Source: Octopus sinensis (Eukaryota). From it: a stretch of 13,986 nucleotides of DNA. Positions 8,309 through 13,986 of the stretch are shown here, in pieces; position 1 is the stretch's first letter; every line of letters starts with the position of its first letter. The translations under genes and the position numbers were made by a program. The notes beneath the pieces were generated by a model, which saw only the letters and a program-made list of their open reading frames with translations, was not told where the DNA came from and ran no database searches. The DNA lies in assembly GCF_006345805.1 (NCBI RefSeq), contig NW_021826100.1, forward strand, positions 1 to 13,986. The letters run 5' to 3'.

Positions 8309-8492
8309 GGTGTCAAGTTGGCAGAATCATTAGCACACCGGGCAAAATCCTTTACGTTCCGAGTTCAAATTCCGCTGAGGTCGACTTTGCCTTTCGTCTT
8401 TTCACGATCGATAAAATAATTACCACTCGATGTAATCGACTTATCCATCCTTCTAAAACTGCTGGCCTTTGAGCCGAAATTTCAAATCAGTT
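8309..8492 (+). mobile_element. Monomeric SINE family A copy with two internal deletions
   Basis: GGTGTCAAGTTGGCAGAATCATTAGCACACCGGGCAAAAT / TTTACGTTCCGAGTTCAAATTCCGCTGAGGTCGACTTTGCC ... TCGATGTAATCGAC ... GGCCTTTGAGCCGAAATTTCAAA. Confidence 0.85.
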
Positions 8493-9172
8493 TTAATTAA
8501 TTCAATAGATATTCATAAAATGAATATCCATATGAAACAATTTTAAGAGCGTGTGACCCTTTTTACCCCCTTACCTTCCAGTCAGGGTCAATAAATTTTC
8601 GGGTAATACCTAAAAAAGATATCGGACTCGGTCATAACAACACAGCCGTGCAATCCTTTAAGCACATAGCTTAGCACCCTACGACGAATATATTTTTCAG
8701 AGTTGCTCAAATCACTTGTTGACATTTCTTCAGTATTCTACTTATGTCTTACAGAGTTTAAAAAGTTTAGATGCTCACCCACTGAATAATTGTTTAACAT
8801 TCTAAATACTTCTACACAATCTATTGCATTCACGTAGCGCATCACTTTAGTTACAGAACGTGTTTATTCTTAATTCTTGTTTCTGTTTGCGGAATTTCTA
8901 AAATTTCGATGTTTATACATGTAATTATCTATTTCTATGACCCTAACTTCACATCCCTCAAACTACGCAAATGTTTAGGATTATATAAGATGCTTATATG
9001 TATGTATTTATTTTGATATACAAAAGAATAAAAAGTTGGTATAAAAATGTAATTTTTGTAACATATTTACAATTTTACACATGAATGCACCTATATATAT
9101 ACACACAAAACTATAGTTTAGCGCACGAATACATAGTGTGCACATTCTATAGACATAAATACATAAATCTAA

Positions 9173-9230
<58 letters not shown>

Positions 9231-9282
9231 ATATATCTATCTATTATATATAGTATATATATTTATATATATATTATATATA

Positions 9283-9320
<38 letters not shown>

Positions 9321-9377
9321 GTCTCTCTGTATGTCTATCTATCTATGTATCTGTCTGTGTGTCTGTCTATCTATCTA

Positions 9378-9450
<73 letters not shown>

Positions 9451-9459
9451 CATCTATCT
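9173..9459. repeat. Compound (TATC)n-(AT)n-(TGTC/TATC)n microsatellite
   Basis: Direct reading of the sequence. Confidence 0.95.
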
Positions 9460-9498
9460 GTGTGCAGCCCTGTGTGGCTAATAAAGAAACATATCTAC

Positions 9499-9522
9499 AG
9501 ATAGATAGATAGATAGATAGAT
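9499..9522. repeat. (GATA)n tract inverted relative to the upstream (TATC)n
   Basis: Direct reading of the sequence. Confidence 0.95.
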
Positions 9523-9912
9523 TTTAGAAATATACGAGTAAGGTTATAAAGCAAGAAGGATAAAAACGAATAATACAAGAAGTTAAAGAAGTAACACACG
9601 TGGAAAGAAAATCATAGAAGAATGAAACGAAAGAGCAACACTGGGAGAATATGCACAATGAAACTAAGAACGCTAATTAAAAGAAACAAGAGAGAAATAT
9701 AGGATACTGAATTTAGACTTAAATTAGGTGTATCATATATTTTCCCTTTTTCTCTTGCTTCTCTTATTCCTTTTCCTTCTCTATATCTAAGGATATAACC
9801 AGTAGAGAAAAGTAAAAATGTGAAACTATATCGAATTTACGACATACGCTTACAAGAAAGGCCTCAGGTAATATCCATATATAACTACGCTCTGCTAAGC
9901 ATGTTTCTTTAT

Positions 9913-9987
9913 ATGGCGGTGCCCCAGCATGGCCACAGCTCATGACCTGAAACTAGATAAAATAAAAAAATAAAATAAAATAAAAAA
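9913..9987 (+). mobile_element. Extreme 3' end of a CR1-like LINE (or a SINE sharing that tail) with an (ATAAA)n tail
   Basis: TGGCGGTGCCCCAGCATGGCCACAGCTCATGACCTGAAACTAGA is 40/44 identical to 11922-11965, which lies downstream of an ORF2-like C-terminus. Confidence 0.8.
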
Positions 9988-10152
9988 TATATACTTCACA
10001 TATACATTTTCAAAATCCTCCCCGCAGATAAAGCCTTAATCACGAGAAAGCTCCATAAGAAATTTACAATAAATTAATTCGGTTCGAGTTACTACTAGGT
10101 TAACCTGAAAAGGGACATGGATGTTAGAGGGCTTCTAATATACTAAGCAAAG

Positions 10153-10294
10153 TTCAAATTCCGCAGAGGTCGACTTTGCTTTTCATCCTTTCGGGATCAA
10201 TAAATTAAGTAACAGTTGCGTACTGAGGTCGATGTAATCGACTGGCTCACTCCACCCACCCCAAGTTTTGGGCCTTGAGCCTAGAGTAGAAACG
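10153..10294 (+). mobile_element. 5'-truncated monomeric SINE family A copy with a 16-bp TSD
   Basis: Starts inside the B box (TTCAAATTCCGCAGAGGTCGAC) and ends GGCCTTGAGCCTAGAGTAGAAACG. Flanked by AATATACTAAGCAAAG (10137-10152) and AATATGCTAAGCAAAG (10295-10310), 15/16 identical. Confidence 0.9.
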
Positions 10295-10410
10295 AATATG
10301 CTAAGCAAAGTAGATACGAGCGTATTTATTGTTTGCAGAATTACACATGCAATCAACTCATTTAAAGGTAGGATGGAATTATGTACATATCAATGTATAT
10401 TAATAATATT

Positions 10411-10802
10411 TTTACTCTAGGCACAAAGCCTGAAATCTTTGGGGAGAGGGCCAGTCGATCAGATCGACTCCTGTACGCATTTGGTACTTAATTTATCGAC
10501 CCCCGAAAGGATGAAAGGCAAAGTCGACTTCGACGTAATTTGAACTCAGAACGTAAAGACAGACGAAATACCTATTTCTTTACTACCCACAAGGGATAAA
10601 CACAGAGAGGACAAAAAAGGACAGACAAACTGATTAAGTCGATTATATCTACCCCAGTGCGTAACTGGTACTTATTTAATCGACCCCGAACGGATGAAAG
10701 GCAAAGTCGACCTCGGCGGAATTTGAACTCAGAACCTAGCCGCAGACGAACTACTGCTAAGCATTTCGCCCGGCGTGCTAACGATTCTGCCAGCTCGCCG
10801 CC
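10411..10802 (-). mobile_element. Full-length dimeric SINE family A (~390 bp)
   Basis: Monomer 1 runs 10802-10573 with head GGCGGCGAGCTGGCAGAATCG. Monomer 2 runs 10572-10411, starting GGTATTTCGTC and ending ...TTTCAGGCTTTGTGCCTAGAGTAAA. Confidence 0.92.
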
Positions 10803-10931
10803 TTCGATGTACAAAATAACGTGGAACGTGTTACATGTAGCAATCTCTCTCTCTCTCTCGCTCCAAAATCTCTAAAAGAGGTCATATACGAATTCCGGAG
10901 AAGCATTCGCTGTATGTATGCATGCATGTAT

Positions 10932-10932
<1 letters not shown>

Positions 10933-10965
<33 letters not shown>

Positions 10966-11072
10966 CATATATATGCGCGTGGGTGTGTGTGTGTATATAT
11001 ATACACAAAGAAAGAGAGGAGGTGCGAGAGAGAGAGTGAGAGAGAAAGAGTGAGAAAGAAAGAGAGAGAGAT
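10933..11072. repeat. (CA)n, (GT)n and (GA)n microsatellite cluster
   Basis: Direct reading of the sequence. Confidence 0.9.
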
Positions 11073-11430
11073 ATAGATGTATTTGCAGACACAACAAAAA
11101 TTCTTGATTTATCAAAAAGGATCTCCACCTGTAGAGGATGCTTCATAATTACCAAACGTCAATTAAGGCCAGCTTCACATGACAAAGATGGATTATCTCA
11201 AGAATCAAGAGTTCTCCAAACTTGACATGCCATTGACGAAAAGGAAAGACTTATTCTCTGAAGAGGATAGTAATGGACACCTGGTTTTACCCCAATAGGT
11301 ATCATCAGCATTATAATTATCCTGTCTTATCTCCAGTACCCAGGGGTCATACTCATAAACAAAAAACACTTTTGCCGCTTAGGTAATTTGCATAATATCT
11401 ATCGGCCGTATCTCTCTTCCTCCCCTCTCT

Positions 11431-11433
<3 letters not shown>

Positions 11434-11497
<64 letters not shown>

Positions 11498-11508
11498 GTC
11501 TATCTATC
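11434..11508. repeat. (CTAT)n microsatellite
   Basis: Direct reading of the sequence. Confidence 0.95.
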
Positions 11509-11584
11509 CTGTGTAGGTGAAAATATAATAGTCCTAGTGTCTGGGTGAAGGTGTATGCACGTATATGTATTTATATGTACAAAC

Positions 11585-11587
11585 ACA

Positions 11588-11648
<61 letters not shown>
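11585..11648. repeat. (CA)n microsatellite
   Basis: Direct reading of the sequence. Confidence 0.95.
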
Positions 11649-11649
<1 letters not shown>

Positions 11650-11712
11650 TATATATTTATATATATATACATGTATGTATGTATGTCTATCGCTCTCTAT
11701 ATACATACAGAT

Positions 11713-11967
11713 TTTCTATATAACCTCTCGAAAGAGCTGAGAGATCTACATAGTGTGGATGCAAATGTCTTCAGAACTAAACTGGATCTCCTACTGCCAA
11801 GAGACGCAAATGAGACATCTTCACGGCAGGAAACGGCAACGGGGGAAGCATCCTCAAACTCCCCCATTCACTGAATGCTAAACCATTAAAAAAGGATCAA
11901 TGAAGGTGTAGCAACAACAGTTGGCGGTGACCCAGCATGGCCACAACCCTTGACCTGAAACTAGAAT
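11713..11967 (+). mobile_element. 5'-truncated CR1-like LINE: ORF2 C-terminus plus 3' UTR
   Basis: FLYNLSKELRDLHSVDANVFRTKLDLLL...SSNSPIH* (stop 11872-11874) matches the LFNxLPxxLR...FKxKLDxFL C-terminal signature of CR1/L2-group ORF2. It is followed by the tail GGCGGTGACCCAGCATGGCCAC...TGAAACTAGAATA and then (AT)n. Confidence 0.85.
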
Positions 11968-11969
11968 AC

Positions 11970-12001
<32 letters not shown>
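11970..12001. repeat. (AT)n microsatellite at the LINE 3' end
   Basis: Direct reading of the sequence. Confidence 0.95.
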
Positions 12002-12003
<2 letters not shown>

Positions 12004-12639
12004 TTACAGTAGTACTTTTATATACAAATGTGAAACTCATGAGAACACAAAAATGACAGCCGTTTCTCTGTGTTGATGAATTAAGCACAATCACTCCCAC
12101 TCTTTCCCTTTGTGTCTCTTAAAACATTCCTATCAATTCTCCTTCCAACTGTTTCCTTTCCACTGCTGCCAAGTACGGAATAAGGTCCTGTATGGTATTT
12201 TTCATAATTCTGTCAACGATCTCTAGAAATAGCTTGACTACTCCAATTCCATCGTGAGATATTATCAAAGAGTATGTAAAACATCTTGTTTCGAGGACCC
12301 TTATCTCTTTAGAATATAACGACTAACATTTAAATGTAATTCTTTCGCAGCTGCACGGAGAAAGTTTTCAGTAACAACGGTGGTACAACAGTCTCCACAA
12401 CAAGAACACGAATAAGAAGAACAACAATATAAAAACAAAAATGACAAAAATATACAATAGATAACAGTAGAAAAATACTAAGACAAACAACAATGGTACC
12501 GTTATGATAATAATACAAATAACAATAGCTTCCTCCCCTTCGTCGCACAAGGTCAGACGTGTAGAGGAGGAAACAATATAGTCAATTTAATCTTACTGAG
12601 GCACATAATTTGTGGTAACAGTAGATGGATGGTTCGTAT

Positions 12640-12736
12640 AACCCCAAATAGTTAGTTATAAGGCACATCGGCTCCACCAAATTTTGAACTTGGAACGTCT
12701 GGGTTAGAAAGTACTCTGCAATGTCTGCTAGCTTAG
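12640..12736 (-). mobile_element. Highly diverged SINE family A head and central fragment
   Basis: Minus strand reads AAGCTAGCAGACATTG ... ACGTTCCAAGTTCAAAATTTGGTGGAGCCGATGTGCCTT, compared with ACGTTCTGAGTTCAAATTCCGCCGAGGTCGACTTTGCCTT in the younger copies. Confidence 0.45.
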
Positions 12737-12763
12737 TCAATAAGTAATATCTTTTCCACTTAA

Positions 12764-12979
12764 GGTGGCGAGCTGATATAATCGTTAGCCCGCCGGAGGA
12801 AGTGCTTAGCGGCATTTCGTTCACATTTACGCTCTGAGTTCAAATTCCGCCGAGGTCGACTTTACCGTTCATCTTTTCGGGTTCGATAAAATTACCTGTT
12901 CAGCTCTAGGGTCGATGCAATTGACTTATTCTTTTCTCCTAAAAATTGTTGACCTTCTTCCAAAGTTTTAAACTAATAT
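12764..12979 (+). mobile_element. Monomeric SINE family A copy (older)
   Basis: GGTGGCGAGCTGATATAATCGTTAGC ... GAGTTCAAATTCCGCCGAGGTCGACTTT ... GGGTCGATGCAATTGAC ... GACCTTCTTCCAAAGTTTTAAACTAAT. Confidence 0.85.
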
Positions 12980-13035
12980 CTTTTCCAACATAAGCGCAAG
13001 GCCTGAAATTTTGAGGGAGGAGCTAGTCGATTATA
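12980..13035 (-). mobile_element. 3' tail fragment of SINE family A
   Basis: Minus strand TAATCGACTAGCTCCTCCCTCAAAATTTCAGGCCTTGCGCTTATGTTGGAAAA matches the monomer-2 tail. Confidence 0.75.
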
Positions 13036-13130
13036 ATGTGTCCTTCTCTAGTTGATTTGAGGGAGATTTTGCTGCTAGTTCTAGCATATTGAATAACAAC
13101 ATAGATGGTCTCCTATTGGCTCAAACGCAT

Positions 13131-13357
13131 TATTGTTTCAAATATTGGCACAAGGCCGGTAATTTTAGGAGGTGTGGGGGAGTTATTCAGTTACGTCGAC
13201 CTCCCCCAGTACTTTACTGGTACTTATTTCATCAAGTCCGAATGGATTAAAAGCAATGTCGATCTCGGGGTGGAATTCGAAACCCAGACGTAAAAAGCAT
13301 GTAAAGCACGATGTGCAAAGCATGCTTTGCAGGTGAAGATTGCTCGCAATCGCTGCC
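13131..13357 (-). mobile_element. Diverged monomeric SINE family A copy
   Basis: Minus strand reads GGCAGCGATTGCGAGCAATC ... GGGTTTCGAATTCC..GAGATCGACATTGC ... AAATAAGTACCAG ... CCGGCCTTGTGCCAATATTTGAAAC. Confidence 0.75.
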
Positions 13358-13380
13358 TAAGAGAGCGCGAAAAGAGTATT

Positions 13381-13764
13381 TCTTTTCTACTCCAGGCACA
13401 AGGCCCCAATTCTTTGGGGAGGGGGACCAGTCGATTAAATCGACCTCAATATGCAGCTAATACTTAATTTATAGACCCCGATAGGATAAAAGGCGAAGTT
13501 GATCTCGGCAGAATTTGAACTTAGAACGTAAAGACAGACGAAATACTTATTTCTTTATTGCCTACAAGGGGCTAAACATAGAGGGGACAAACGGATTAAG
13601 TCGATTACATCAACCCCAGTGCGTAACTGGTACTTTATTTATCGACCCCGAAAGTATGAACGGCAAAGTCGATCTCGGCGGAATTTGAACTCAGAACGTA
13701 ACGGCATACGAAATACCGCTTGGCATTTCGCCCAGCGTGCTAACGATTCTGCGGGCTCACTGCC
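13381..13764 (-). mobile_element. Full-length dimeric SINE family A
   Basis: Same two-monomer layout. The junction GAAATA|AGTATTTCGTC is at ~13547 and the tail is ...GGCCTTGTGCCTGGAGTAGAAAAGA. Confidence 0.9.
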
Positions 13765-13802
13765 TTATAATAGAAAAATATTGATCATATTAATTCAATG
13801 GA

Positions 13803-13915
13803 TGGTACTTTAATTAATTGATCGGTATAAGGATGAGATGTGAAACGATTCTTGTAAGATTTGAACCCTGAACTTAAAAAAGATGTAACTAAATACAGTA
13901 AATCATTTTGCCAGT
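13803..13915 (-). mobile_element. Highly diverged SINE family A fragment
   Basis: Plus strand TGGTACTTTAATT...AAGGATGAGATG...ATTTGAACCCTGAAC...AAATACAGTAAATCATTTTGCC parallels TGGTACTTAATTT...AAGGATGAAAGG...ATTTGAACTCAGAAC...AAATACTGCTAAGCATTTCGCC. Confidence 0.55.
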
Positions 13916-13986
13916 TGATCTACCGAGTGTGTGTGCAATATCACTATTTTAAATATAAACTTTGATAATGTTTCTGAAGTCTGTTT

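Noticed and set aside
8540-9000. Possible DNA-transposon end (TTAAGAGCGTGTGACCC...) and a long minus-strand frame with one stop
   Set aside because: No partner TIR in the window and no recognisable transposase motif.
11073-11400. FADTTKI resembling the RT YADD motif; possible retroelement fossil
   Set aside because: The second Asp is missing, the surrounding RT motifs are absent, and there are multiple stops. The region remains unassigned.
6310-13813. Recurrent ORFs starting MRNWY...RQSRPRRNLN (6310, 10657, 13619) that look like a gene family
   Set aside because: They are antisense translations of SINE family A copies.

Overview
AT-rich, repeat-saturated eukaryotic non-coding DNA (intergenic or intronic). 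I could not support any host protein-coding exon, rRNA, functional tRNA or CRISPR array. The SINE and LINE sequences resemble octopus (coleoid cephalopod) repeats as I recall them; this is not database-confirmed. Contents: (i) a full-length tRNA-derived SINE with a perfect 11-bp target-site duplication (TSD); (ii) about a dozen copies or fragments of a second tRNA-SINE family, three of which share one dimeric architecture; (iii) a CORE-type SINE head; (iv) CR1-like LINE 3' ends, a Tx1/L1-like LINE remnant with an apparent internal inversion, a decayed hAT transposase and a Tc1/mariner-like MITE; (v) many microsatellites, three of which fold back on themselves; (vi) a 1.8-kb compound (CTA/CCA) tandem array with six conserved cores. 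Nearly all ORFs in the supplied track are artefacts of microsatellites or SINEs. I see no convincing new biological system. The items most worth follow-up are the compound satellite, the dimeric SINE and the inverted Tx1-like junction.
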